Shown: in pieces, positions 44,869 to 56,830 of the stretch
Position numbering within the stretch: position 1 is the first letter of the stretch
Layout: every line of letters starts with the position of its first letter
From: Octopus vulgaris
Lineage: Eukaryota
Reading direction: 5' to 3'
NCBI GenBank assembly: GCA_951406725.2
Contig: OX597826.1
Coordinates: forward strand, 6,386,001 to 6,450,000
Length of the DNA: 64,000 nt
Position numbers and translations under genes: made by a program
The notes under the pieces: generated by a model
What the model saw: only the letters and a program-made list of their open reading frames with translations
Databases searched by the model: none
Told to the model about the DNA's origin: nothing

Positions 44869-45354
44869 AGAGAGAGAGAGAGAGAGACTGAGAGAGAGAG
44901 AGAGACTTACATACACACTTATAAATATTTCTGGAAGAGATAAAATGTGGTGAATATAATATAAAATGTGTTTCTTTGTTAATTTGTTTACGAATAATTG
45001 AATATTTGCGATAACGTTTTACAGTGCTCTAAGTGCATTGTTCTGCGTGTGTCTATATTCTAAATGATGCGTGTGCTTTATGTGTCTCAGATCTTTGCAC
45101 TTTCGATTCGGAATTAGTGTCTAGAGACTCTGGGAATGCACTTTCACTTTCTCCACCACTCGCTATCTTGCTCCGCATATATATATATGTATGTATATAT
45201 GTAGGCATGTATGTATACCTCTATCAACATAATGCATATATATTAAATACATATAAACTTATATTTCTTCATTTCCCTTTGTAAATACCATTATGTAATT
45301 CATGTTTCTTGCCATTCAATTATATACATATATATATATGTATATCTATCTATA

Positions 45355-45428
<74 letters not shown>

Positions 45429-45506
45429 TGTATATATATGTATACACATACATATATATATATGTATATATATATACATATATGTATATATACATATATA
45501 TATACG

Positions 45507-45537
<31 letters not shown>

Positions 45538-45642
45538 GCGTTTATGTGTGTGTTGCTTCATACATGCAAACGTATACATATATACATAGTGGTAGGATTC
45601 CTGGTTTCGATTCCTGGCATGGAAACGGCGTTACATACGTGC

Positions 45643-45816
45643 AGTAATGGTTCTGTGCTAAGTAGCTTGGTTATCAACCACATGGTTCCGGGTTCGGTCC
45701 CACTGGGGGAAACTTGGGCAAGTGGCAAGTTCTTCTATAGCTTCGGACCGACCAAAGCCTTGTGGTAGATAGAAACTGAAAGAAGCTTCTCGTATGTGTA
45801 TGTGTATATATATATA

Positions 45817-45881
<65 letters not shown>

Positions 45882-46092
45882 CAATGATTGTGTTTCTGTG
45901 TTCTCCTACCCAACATCGCTTGATAATAATATCTATGGTGTTTACGGGCCCGTAGCTAAGCGCTTCGGCGAAAGAAACTAATAGAATAAGTACTAGGCTT
46001 ACAAAGAATAAGTCCTGGTGTCGATTTGCTCGATTAAAGGTGATGTTCTAGCAGGGCCGCAGTCAAATTACTGAAACAAATAAAAATAAAGA
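45643..46092 (+). mobile_element. SINE family B
   Basis: catggttccgggttcggtcccac...ttgggcaagt...(TA)n...gaataagtactaggcttacaaagaataagtcc...ggccgcagtcaaattactgaaac. Confidence 0.8.
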
Positions 46093-46306
46093 ATATAGGT
46101 ACAAACACACACACGCACACACATGCGGACATATACATAAGCATGCATACTCGTATATACGTGTGTCTGGATGTATGTGTCTATCCTTGTGTAGTAAATT
46201 TTACTAGAAGTTTATCAGTGAATTTAAAGTTTTGCTGTCTTAGAGCAGTCATCGTATTTAGTCAATGCCAACATTTTCCTTATATATATGTAGTCATTCT
46301 TGTATG

Positions 46307-46520
46307 TTTCTTTATTACCCACAAGGGGCTAAATATAGAGGGGACAAACAAGGACAGACAAATGAATTAAGTCGATTACATCGACCGCAGTGCGTAACTG
46401 GTACTTAATTTAGCGACCCTGAAAAAATGAAAGACAAAGTCGACCTCGGCGGAATTTGAAAACAGAACGTAACGCCAGACGAAATACAGCTACGCATTTC
46501 GCCCGGCGTGCTAACATTTC
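46307..46520 (-). mobile_element. SINE family A unit
   Basis: tttctttattacccacaaggggctaaa...gtcgacctcggcggaatttgaa...cgcccggcgtgctaac. Confidence 0.8.
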
Positions 46521-46842
46521 TCAACCGATTGTTCAAGCTCATATGTTAATGGGCTGGAAACCACACAATAGTTATGGCAAAAATATTTTGGCTAGACTAT
46601 TCAGTTGTGGATTACCAAAATCCATAGAGTCGCTTTTACCCAAATCTATAGAATTGCTATTCTGAAACAGGCAGGCAATGTACCTGAGAAAAAAGAAATT
46701 ATATTTAATTTCCCTTCTTTATTCTTTCCACGTGTCTTTCTCTACTTCAGTTCTCTTCCTGAGTTTCTTTGCTCTTTTTTCCCTTACACTTTCCATCTCT
46801 TATTTTCGTTTCATAATGTTGCTACTCTATTGCTTATATTTG

Positions 46843-47408
46843 TGGTGGCGCGTGGCTTAGTGGTTAGGGTGTCAGCATCATGATCGTAAGATAGTGGTTT
46901 CGATTCCTGGACCGGGTGACGCGTTGTTTTCTTGAGCAAAACACTTCATTTCACATTGCTCCAGTCCGCTCAGCTGGCAAAAGTGAGTAATGCTGCGGTG
47001 GACTGGCTTCCCCTTCGGCTGGGGAACACATACGCCATAAAAACCGGAAAATCGGGAACGTGAGCCTGGCTAGTCTTTAGAAAGGGCGCATTTATTTATG
47101 TGAAGGTGCAATAGCCCAGTGGTTAGGGTAGCGGACTCGCGATCGGAGGCTCGCTGTTTCGATCCCCAGACCGGGTGTTGTGTGTGTTTATTGAGCGAAA
47201 ACTCCTAAAAGCTCCACGAGGTCCCGGAAGGGTGTGGTGGTGACTCCTGTTGTACTCTTTCACCACAACTTTCTCTCACTCTCTCTTCCTGTTTCTTGAG
47301 TAACTCTGCGAAAGACTGGCGTTCCGTACAGATAGGAGGAACACATACGCCACAGAAACCGGGAAACCGAGCCCGTGAGCCTGCCTAGGCTTGAAAAGGG
47401 CGACGCTT
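46843..47408 (+). mobile_element. Two adjacent tRNA-derived SINEs (46843-47095 and family C 47100-47408) sharing a 3' tail
   Basis: A-box TGGCTTAGTGG / TAGCCCAGTGG and B-box GTTTCGATTCC / GTTTCGATCCC; both end gaacacatacgcca..gaaaccgg...tgagcctg.ctag.ctt.gaaa.gggcg. Confidence 0.8.
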
Positions 47409-47704
47409 TCTTTTTTTTATTGCTTATATTCAGAGCATTGCAAAATGTTAGATATTTGGACGTTAACATTTGTAATTTTGGTATCTAATTCTCCAATCTC
47501 TTACTGATTCTCTGAAAGTCTCGTTTCGATAACGTCTCCATCAACTAAAAGACTTAACTTGTATTCAATGACGATAGACGAAACTGAAAGTAATTTGGCA
47601 GTAGAGCGACATTAGTAGTAGCTTCTATTATCATTACAGCTATACTTTATGGATTCAGTATGTTTTCAGTCTATGAAATTATAAAGATTTACACCCACAT
47701 GCAG

Positions 47705-47760
<56 letters not shown>

Positions 47761-47784
47761 GCGTGTGTGTGCGTGTGTGCGCGC

Positions 47785-47835
<51 letters not shown>

Positions 47836-48007
47836 ATTGCATGTATGTAACTCTTTTACCTGTACTAACGTAAGTCTGCATGTCGAACTTTTTTGCGAGT
47901 GAACAAATGACAAATCCAACAAATGACAATTTGCAAAACTAAATTCCATTATGGAACTTTGGAATTCTTTTTTTTTTTTATCTCTTACAAGCTGCTTATC
48001 TCTACAG

Positions 48008-48087
48008 GAGCGGACGAAATTTCATTCACTGAAAATGACATTATCAACGATGGCAACCGAGGACTAACGTCTAATACCAGTAAATAA
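48008..48087 (+). CDS. Candidate exon (phase 1), (G)ADEISFTENDIINDGNRGLTSNTSK*
   Basis: Strong poly-T/pyrimidine tract ending tctctacag; DEISF..NDII resembles an SH3 RT-loop; may instead end at a weak donor (gtaaat, 48080). Confidence 0.35.
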
Positions 48088-50389
48088 ATAGTGACGGGAG
48101 ATACTGTACTGATTTGGGCGTTGATGATGGTTGTGATTTGGTATATGGTTCGGTACCGTTTTTGGCAAACTGACAGCTGATGTTTGCATTGTACCGGTTT
48201 TTTTTATTTTGGAAGCTGATATTGACGTGAATCTCGTATTTTATACTATTATTCCAATTGTTTAGTTTTGTGACATTCCATAAGGCATAAATCTGTGGTG
48301 AAATGATTTATGCGTTCATACCTTTAAAGAAGAAGCGCATAGAATACGTTCATCCATACTGAATGCGATATATTTTAATTTGATGGGCATTTCGCTGCTA
48401 TTATCAACATGTCAACTAAACAAGTGAAGGCCCCCATCCTTTGTTCATTAGAATGCTGTTTCTTCTTGTAGCGATAGTTTATGTAGTGGTCTTGGATATT
48501 GTTGTGCCTATTATCGTTAGTAGTTTTATAATATTATTAAGCAGAATGATGTAATTAGAATGTATTCCCAATTGTGTCGTGAATTGTTTTGCTCAGTGGT
48601 TGTTTCTGTCGACATCGTTATTGTTGGTGTTGTTGCCCTAGTCGCTTTTAATACTTTTGTCATTGTTAGTGTTTGACGTATGACCAGAATCTACCCCCCC
48701 CTCTCTCTCTCTCTCTCAGGAATGCACTTCGTGGAGAATAATTCCATCTGTGTCATTTGACATTTCATAAAACAAGGTTATAAACGCTTAACCTGACACC
48801 TTGTCGGTGGTTTATTTCTACTGCTATGATTTGTTTTCTTACCTGATTATGTATTTTGTATATATTTTCTTTCTGTTTTGCTCCATCCCTTTCATTCAGA
48901 AAGAGGTTTGGTCTTGTGCTAACCAAGCAGCTATTCTTTCTCACAGTCTGAATATATCCAACCCTTAAATTTCTATACACAATTTTTGTATCAATGCTCT
49001 CAGATGATGGTCATGAACAAGCTTCTCTTCTACTTTCTATTGTTACAGTTACGTCTTGATTCTGATCGCTTTCCAAGCTTTCTATTCGTGTTTCAGTATC
49101 CTCCTGTCATCTGCTGTAATATCTAATATATTACACACCTTTAGCTACTTTCTGATTAATTATTGTATTCAATATATCACTACTAGATTCAATTAACGTG
49201 TTCATCTTACAATTTTCAGTCACGTAGAAATGTCTATCCACGTACACATGTCTTCCTAGAATTTCTGATAGTCATACGATAGACTGTTGTGCATCCTTTA
49301 ATATTTGAGAATTAAATGTGTGGAGGTGGACGTGATTTACTGGAAATTTTCTTTTTTAAAAAAAAAGACCACCGCCTGATCAACATAATTAAGCGGCTTC
49401 TTTTCAGATGATTTCTGCACCCGATCGTAATTTGGTATGGCCGCGCCGTTTGCTATGACTATACCACTGTAATCTTTCTCAAGCAGAAAGATGTCAGACT
49501 TCTCATGCATAATCTGCTGTTTTGCTTTGTCTCCTTGTGTTTTTTTTTTTATGTGTGTTTGTTTTTAGTATCCTAATTTTTACAGCTTGTTCACGTTGTC
49601 AATCTTATGACAGCTGGAAGTTCATATGAGTACCACACGGAACTTTTTCATCATGCATTTCACATTCGCCGGCTAGAATTTATCGTCATATCAACCTTCT
49701 CTTTTTCATGCCAATAATGTGAGAAAGACATTCAAATATATAAAGAGAAGAGCATGAGGAAGGAGAGAGCGAGAGCGGAGCGGGCGAGAGAGATTATTTT
49801 GATTAAGTCTAGCGCATCGAGTGCAGCTATAGCTGATAACGTAGTTAATTTATTTCTCTAGTAAATGATATCAGGTGTTTGCTTAATCTTTCACATATAA
49901 AGAAACGCAAAAGCAATATTCTTGCGTGGTTCCAAGCAGAATTACATATTTGTTTTATTATTATTGACTGTTTTCCGTACGATTTAATCCAGTTTTTCAT
50001 ATAAACATCAAGATCAAGATCAATATATTAGTATATGATATATCAATCAGAGACTTTGATAAGTTTCCTTTGACGAAGGTAATGGACGTAACATTTTCAC
50101 CATTTGATCTTTAATATAGCCATCATATGTTACTTCTATACGAGTCAACGGGATTTAATCCTTATTACCATCATTAGCATCAGATGTAGCGACGGCGATG
50201 GCAACTCTGCATCAAAATCGTTATTAAAATCAGCATTTCCATAATTAATATCCTCATCATTATGAACACTATGATGACTACGATGAAGGTGATCAAGGCC
50301 ACCATCATTATAATAATAACAACCCACATCAATATGACCACCGTTTCATTTCTACACAACTCTCTCCCCGCATTTTCCATGTGGTTGCT

Positions 50390-50719
50390 GTTGCTCTTCT
50401 TCTTCCTCCTCTTCTTTCTTCTTCTTCTTCTTTTTCTTCTTCTTCTTTTTCTTCTTCTCCTTCTTCTCCTTCTTCTTCTTCTTTTCCTTCTACTTCTTCT
50501 ACTTCTCCTTCTTCCTCCTCCTCTTCTTCTTCTTTTTCTTCTTCTTCTTTTTCTTCTTCTTCTTCCTTTTCTTCTTCTTCTCCTCTCCTTCTTCTTCCCC
50601 TTCCTCTTTTCCTTCTTCTTCTTCTTCTCCTCCTCCAACGCCTCCTCCTCCTCCTCCTCCTCATCATCATCATCATCACCATCACCATCATCATCATCAT
50701 CATCACCACCACCACCACC

Positions 50720-50753
<34 letters not shown>

Positions 50754-50760
50754 TCACCAT
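50390..50760. repeat. Compound (CTT)n(CCT)n(CAT)n(CAC)n array
   Basis: Directly visible. Confidence 0.95.
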
Positions 50761-51033
50761 AGGCTGAGAATGTCTTTGAGTCGTCGATCCATAAGCGAAG
50801 GCGGTTGTCTCTATTATAATATGACGTTCCAATCTCGTTTAACAGCAATCTAGTCGTCGGTTACATCCTCAGATAAAATAATGATCAGACAGTAATTTTT
50901 CTATCAACATTCTGCACGAAGATCATTTATTTCAGAAACATACACTAACTGACGTCAAACATGAATAAGTGCACTATACAACCCCCTTTATTATACCGCT
51001 CACGTTTATCTTCTTTATCAGAATATATCATGC

Positions 51034-51089
<56 letters not shown>

Positions 51090-51365
51090 TACTCAATTGT
51101 GGCCTTTCATATGAAAAGCATTCATATGTAACTCATTACAATCATATGTTGCGTATAGCAAAATTTTCTATTAATACGCTTAATGACTAATTTTATTTGG
51201 AATCATTTGAATATTATGTTCAAAAATATAATTTAATGAATGGATATTTTTCGCACATTAATATTGGCATTCGAACAGCCTTTATCATATTATATTTTTC
51301 AGGGAAATATAATGAATTTCATATCTGGAATTAGTAATATTTTCTTATTAATATTCCATTAGGGT

Positions 51366-51580
51366 TAAGGTGGTGAGCTGGTAGAATCGTTAGTTACGAC
51401 GGGCAAAATTTTAGAAGCATTGCTTCCGCTTTTACGTTCTGGGTTCAAATTCCGCTGTGGTCGATTTAGCTTTTCATCATTTCGGCGTCTATAAATTAGG
51501 TACCAGCCGCGCACTGTGGATGATGTAATCGACTGATCCCCTCCCCCGATTTGTTGGCCTTGTGCTAAAATTTGAAACAA
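51366..51580 (+). mobile_element. SINE family A monomer
   Basis: aaggtggtgagctggtagaatcgttag...ttctgggttcaaattccgctg...taatcgactg...ggccttgtgctaaaatttgaaa. Confidence 0.8.
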
Positions 51581-52476
51581 GTATTCCATTAGATAGTGGG
51601 TAGCTATTTTCCTCATTACTCAGGGTGTGACGACCCTGCCTGACACGAGTCCGAGGCTAAGCTGGCTCCGGCTGACAGTATCCGGTATTGGCCCCTATCC
51701 AGCGTTAAGGAAAGGAGACAAACTTCAAACAAATCCTGAGTGGAGCCCCGTTGGCGGTTTAGTGTACTATGGTTCCGACAGCTCCTACAACCAAGCTGGT
51801 GGCAAACTTAATGCTCTGCATTCCTTTGGAATACATTAGCAAGGTCAAGAGAAGAATCCTGACGATTGGACTACCCAGGATTTTCTTACATCTAGCCCGA
51901 GCCTGCGCGAAACTGGAGAGGACAGGAAATGTAAAATCCAGATTGGATTAGTTCATCCACAACTCCATTGTCTTCCACGACAAACGGATGCCAACAGCAG
52001 CAGTAGCAATTCCATTACTGCTTTAAATTGTTGTCTCTAAAATGTACCAAGCTGGATATCACGTTAAATGGTCAGTTCTCGTTCAAGCTACAAGCTAGAT
52101 ATACGTTAAATAGTCAGTTCCCGTCCAGTAAATCTAGCCATGTATACAAATGTGCCAATTAATAAATCAAATAATCTTATCAGCTGTCGATTTTCTTCCG
52201 CTTCCTGTGCAAAATACCACCATCCACCATTGCTCTATAAATGTAACCTTTACTTCAGAAAAGCTACTTAAATTTAGGTTGAGCCTTGCTATACTTAGTT
52301 TTAGAATGGGCCTCTGTGACGTGAGAAAGTGTTAAGATAAATACGGTGTCGGTAGAAATTAAGGTAATCCCGTCACTTGTATCACACTTATGTTTATATG
52401 CATGTGTTGTTATTCTATTAGGTTGCAAATATATATTTCTATATGTAAGTATGTATGTATTATGTATGCATGTATG

Positions 52477-52549
<73 letters not shown>

Positions 52550-52564
52550 TGATATCATATAAAA

Positions 52565-52612
<48 letters not shown>

Positions 52613-52626
52613 TTGATAGATGGAAT

Positions 52627-52684
<58 letters not shown>

Positions 52685-53149
52685 AATATAGATAGGTCGA
52701 TGAATAGGTGAGCGAAGAGAAGGTATGGGCAAATGCATGTCGAAAGTGAACAAAACTCTTAGAGTTCAAACATTACCCAACATATTTTTTACATATTTTA
52801 CTCTGATTTTTATATATCACCATTATTTCACCTCTGTATATTTATATATGAATTATATGCTAATATTTCTCTCCAAATGAAACTTCTATACAAAAAATAA
52901 TATTCACTTCTTATCTTCCACAATAGTATTTAATCAAAGCAAAAAACTATTTATGATCTAACAACTAAAAGCACTGTGTATCTGCAACTGTGTTAAGATC
53001 CCCCTCCTTCAATATGGCAACACATAACGCTTCACCACAATCTGAATACATGTAAAACTAGCCGTCATGCTTACTTGAACTCATCATATTTGATGATCTG
53101 TTAAAAGTGCAACATAGTCCGGCGTCATTCTGTTCCCGACAAGAAATTA

Positions 53150-53342
53150 GTTTCAAATTTTGGCAAAAAGTCAGTAAGAGATACGTCAATTACATAGACT
53201 CCAATGATCAAATGGCACTTATTTTATTGACCTCCAAAGGATTAGGAACAAAGTCGACCTGAACTCAGAAAGTAAAGACGGACGAAATGCTTCTCAAGCA
53301 ATTTACTTACCCGTACTAATGATTGTGCTTACTCACCGCCTT
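53150..53342 (-). mobile_element. SINE family A, diverged
   Basis: aaagtcgacctgaactcagaaagtaaagacggacgaaatgc...ctcaccgcctt. Confidence 0.7.
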
Positions 53343-53349
53343 ATATTCA

Positions 53350-53718
53350 CTACGAGCAAACGACCCCCGTCCGATGGGCCGTGCTGAGTTGTCGAGCATT
53401 TAAATCAAATTTTCTCAAAACAACTTTTCTGACCGTCACATAGGCCTCCCCTTTGAGAAACACTGATTTAACCTAACTTTGAGACACCAGCAAAAGACGG
53501 ATTTCGACTGATGTACTTGTGCGTACAAATGCCCGTTCCCACGGCTTTATCGATTACATTCTCACCTGGAATCGATATTTATAATTTTTCCAAGACCTAT
53601 ACACGCCCTGATGCCGTCGGTATCTACATTTCAAATTTGAGCGCAATCGGATCGAGGATGCCCGAGAACCTAGAACACACACACACACACACACACAGAA
53701 AGGGTTTTATATAATAGA
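53350..53718 (-). mobile_element. Non-autonomous Helitron-like element
   Basis: Minus strand starts A|TCTATTATATAAAA then (TG)n, ends with hairpin CCCAT-cgg-ACGGG about 15 nt before ...GTAG|T; inserted between A and T with no TSD. Confidence 0.7.
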
Positions 53719-54354
53719 TAAAATATTAACACTTACCTTATAACCAATTTCCACCTAAGTACTAAGCTCTTGTATGCAGTACATTAATTAACTTTACAAA
53801 TGCGAAATGGTGCTGGTAAATAACTTACAACCAACACAAGCCCGGTGAAAGAGGCATTTGGCATTTTGCAGATAGAACTCAAACACTAGCTACATATCAG
53901 TGACTGAAAATTTGTCATTTATTATCCTCAGATACCAAAGTTGCTTCATTAATCCGTCATAGTACATTTGGGCAAGCTCTATTCATAGCTTTTTATTTTG
54001 TTCTTAATTATATTCAGTAGCACTCAGTGTCAACCGTATACGATGGTATTGTTCTAACATTCTCGAATATGCGATTTATGCAACATCCAATTATATAATC
54101 TTAAGGAAAATAATAGCTAAAACTCCATCTGAATTCAATATAATTTAACGCCTACGAATCCTGATTACTATCTTTCAAGTCATCAATTATTTATTAACAT
54201 CGCGTTCATTTATTATAGAGATATACAAGTTATTGTAATTTCAGAAAATTTTACAATGACAATCATGCACCAATATACATTTATATACATATATATGATC
54301 ATATATATACATATATATGATATATATGCATACATCTATATGTATGTTTATATA

Positions 54355-54415
<61 letters not shown>

Positions 54416-54911
54416 TGTATATATATATTATATATATATATACGTGTGTGTGTGTGCTTATATATATATAACTATATATATAGTTATATATACACATGTA
54501 TATACATTTATGTACATATAAATACATATATATTTATACACTCAAAATTATATATATGTTTATATATATATATGTGTGTGAGTGTGAATGTGTGGGTGTT
54601 TGTGTGGTGTGTGTATGTATGAGTATGTGTCTGTGTGTATGTATGATTATGTGTCTGTGTGTATGTGTGTGTGCTTGTGTGGTGTGTGTGTGTATGGGTG
54701 TGTATGTGTGTGTGCGTGTGTGTGTGTATGTACAATTCACCTATTTCGGAACAAATGAACACATTATAAATAAATGATGAATTCAAATATATTAATGAAG
54801 ATACATAGGTGGTGACGCATCCTGAATATACATGTGCTTCGTTTTTTCTCAGATTATCATTATGGAATTAGAGGATGCACAGAGTATACGACTCACCCAC
54901 ACACACACATA

Positions 54912-54959
<48 letters not shown>

Positions 54960-55481
54960 CATCGGATGTTCCGGGAACACCTTTAAGCAATATTTTTATG
55001 ATCCTGGAGGGACGCTATGCCATGTCCTTCGCCAGTCACGTTTTGCCCTTGAAGAAGGAAGGGGCTCCACAACTAATCACAGAGAAAATCCTTCAGATAC
55101 TGGGTCCCTACATAAACGGGAGTAAAAGTTGGAAGCTGTGGGTAGTGAAACGCGCAAGGATCTCTTTCGACCTGGGGAACTTCTTAAATTCCAGGACGTA
55201 AGCTTTCGGGCCCTGCTTATATTTCGGGCTACTGATATACTAGGCTCTGGGTAGATTCCGGTCTAAGGGAGACAATCCATTACATTTGACTATGTTCAAA
55301 AACTTGCCACGAGCTCTGTCTTCAAGAGAGTATATAAGGACCGCCACCTATTAAATTCGCTTTATACTTAGGAAACCCTGTGAAAAAGTCATGGCTATCT
55401 TTCTCTCTCTCTGTTTCTTACTTTCTTTCTTTTTGTCTCTATCTCTCTCTCGTTCTCTGTTTCTCTCTCTGCGCCTCATCA

Positions 55482-55518
<37 letters not shown>

Positions 55519-55545
55519 AAAATAACAACAAGAATGGATTAAAAT

Positions 55546-55631
55546 CTCGGTACAATTGTTTCGTACGAGGACATCTTTAATAAGCTACAAAAATTGCAGT
55601 AAATACAGATGACTCGTACTCGTCAGCCGAA
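55546..55631 (-). ncRNA. Type I hammerhead ribozyme, intact core
   Basis: Minus strand: stem I UUCGG, CUGACGA, stem II GUACGAG...CUCGUAC, GAAA, stem III C-AAUU-G, GUA cleavage triplet, stem I' CCGAG. Confidence 0.88.
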
Positions 55632-55791
55632 AAGACATCAGAGAATTCCCAAAACATCAAAAGGGGTAGATACAAATGAGGGTGTAAGATTAACTGCATT
55701 GAAGAAAGTTCGATTCCTGGAGATCCGATGAAAGGTCTTGAACTTACAGAATTTGTGCATGTCTATATATAGCTCATATTGAATTGTTAAT

Positions 55792-55821
<30 letters not shown>

Positions 55822-55827
<6 letters not shown>

Positions 55828-55918
55828 ACAATTGAGGGTAAAATTAATTAATCAATTTCACCAATTTCTGAACACTTGGTGAAATTGATTAATTTATTTT
55901 ACCCTCAATTGTTGATAT
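55822..55918. repeat. Fold-back (43-bp arms, 1 mismatch, 11-nt loop) adjoining (TA)n
   Basis: atatcaacaattgagggtaaaattaattaatcaatttcaccaa / ttggtgaaattgattaatttattttaccctcaattgttgatat. Confidence 0.92.
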
Positions 55919-56134
55919 TATAATTCATTTCTCTCTGCCATACTGCCTTGGTTCTCGCGGTTAAAATATAATGTTTGCTAGATAGACCACGTGAGTGGAA
56001 AAGGAGTGCAGAAATTTACGCCGCGCATTTTGAATTTGTTAGCACTTCAGTTGGAGCTGGTTCATTTGAAGCGACAAGTTCGCAGAGAGGTAAAGTTCCT
56101 TCTTTTTAGTGTTTCCAAATCCAAATTAAGAAAT

Positions 56135-56197
56135 TTTGAGCTGACGAAAGAAATGCTGATTTTATTTGGCTAATCTTGAAACGTTGACGTACTCAAA
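56135..56197 (+). ncRNA. Type I hammerhead ribozyme, intact core
   Basis: Stem I UUUGAG, CUGACGA, stem II AAGA..GCUGA/UUGGC..UCUU, GAAA, stem III CG-UUGA-CG, GUA cleavage triplet (after 56191), stem I' CUCAAA. Confidence 0.85.
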
Positions 56198-56379
56198 CGA
56201 TCTATGTACTTGTGATATTTTTCTGTATTTACCTCCAAACCTTCGTGAGCTGTCTGGAGTAAACATTATCTGAGAGAAATTTTCTTTAAGTAGTAGAAAT
56301 GGCTAAAAAAATTTTTTTTGGCTGCTATTTCTACTTAGTTCAGTATGTGGCAAAGTAATTTATTTTACTAAGCCCTAAT

Positions 56380-56432
<53 letters not shown>

Positions 56433-56796
56433 TATCTCACCCGTGAGTGGTCAATGCTAGATGTGTCGAAGCAATTGTCGTAATTAATAATAATTCTCGT
56501 ATTTCCATCTTCCGTCATTCATTTACCATATATTCATATATATATGTAATATACTGCATGTTGTAACGAATGTAATGCACAGTAAACTACCAATTCTTTG
56601 CAATATTAGTTGATGTGTCAGAGGAAAAGGTATCACGCGCAAGGGAATTTGGGAATCAAGATGGAAAGATCATTTTAAAATACAAGATTATTGTGATATT
56701 TTCATGCAGTGTGAGACCGCTAAAGTTAAGAAACGTAAAAGATACAACACTAGTTGTCAAACATTTGTGCCCTCACTACATCTATCTATCTCTCTC

Positions 56797-56830
<34 letters not shown>

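Noticed and set aside
46843-47180. tRNA genes
   Set aside because: A/B boxes are present but there is no complete cloverleaf and they run into SINE bodies repeated elsewhere.
51626-52377. Solo LTR (TGTGACG...CGTCAC)
   Set aside because: The 3' end is not CA and there is no target-site duplication.
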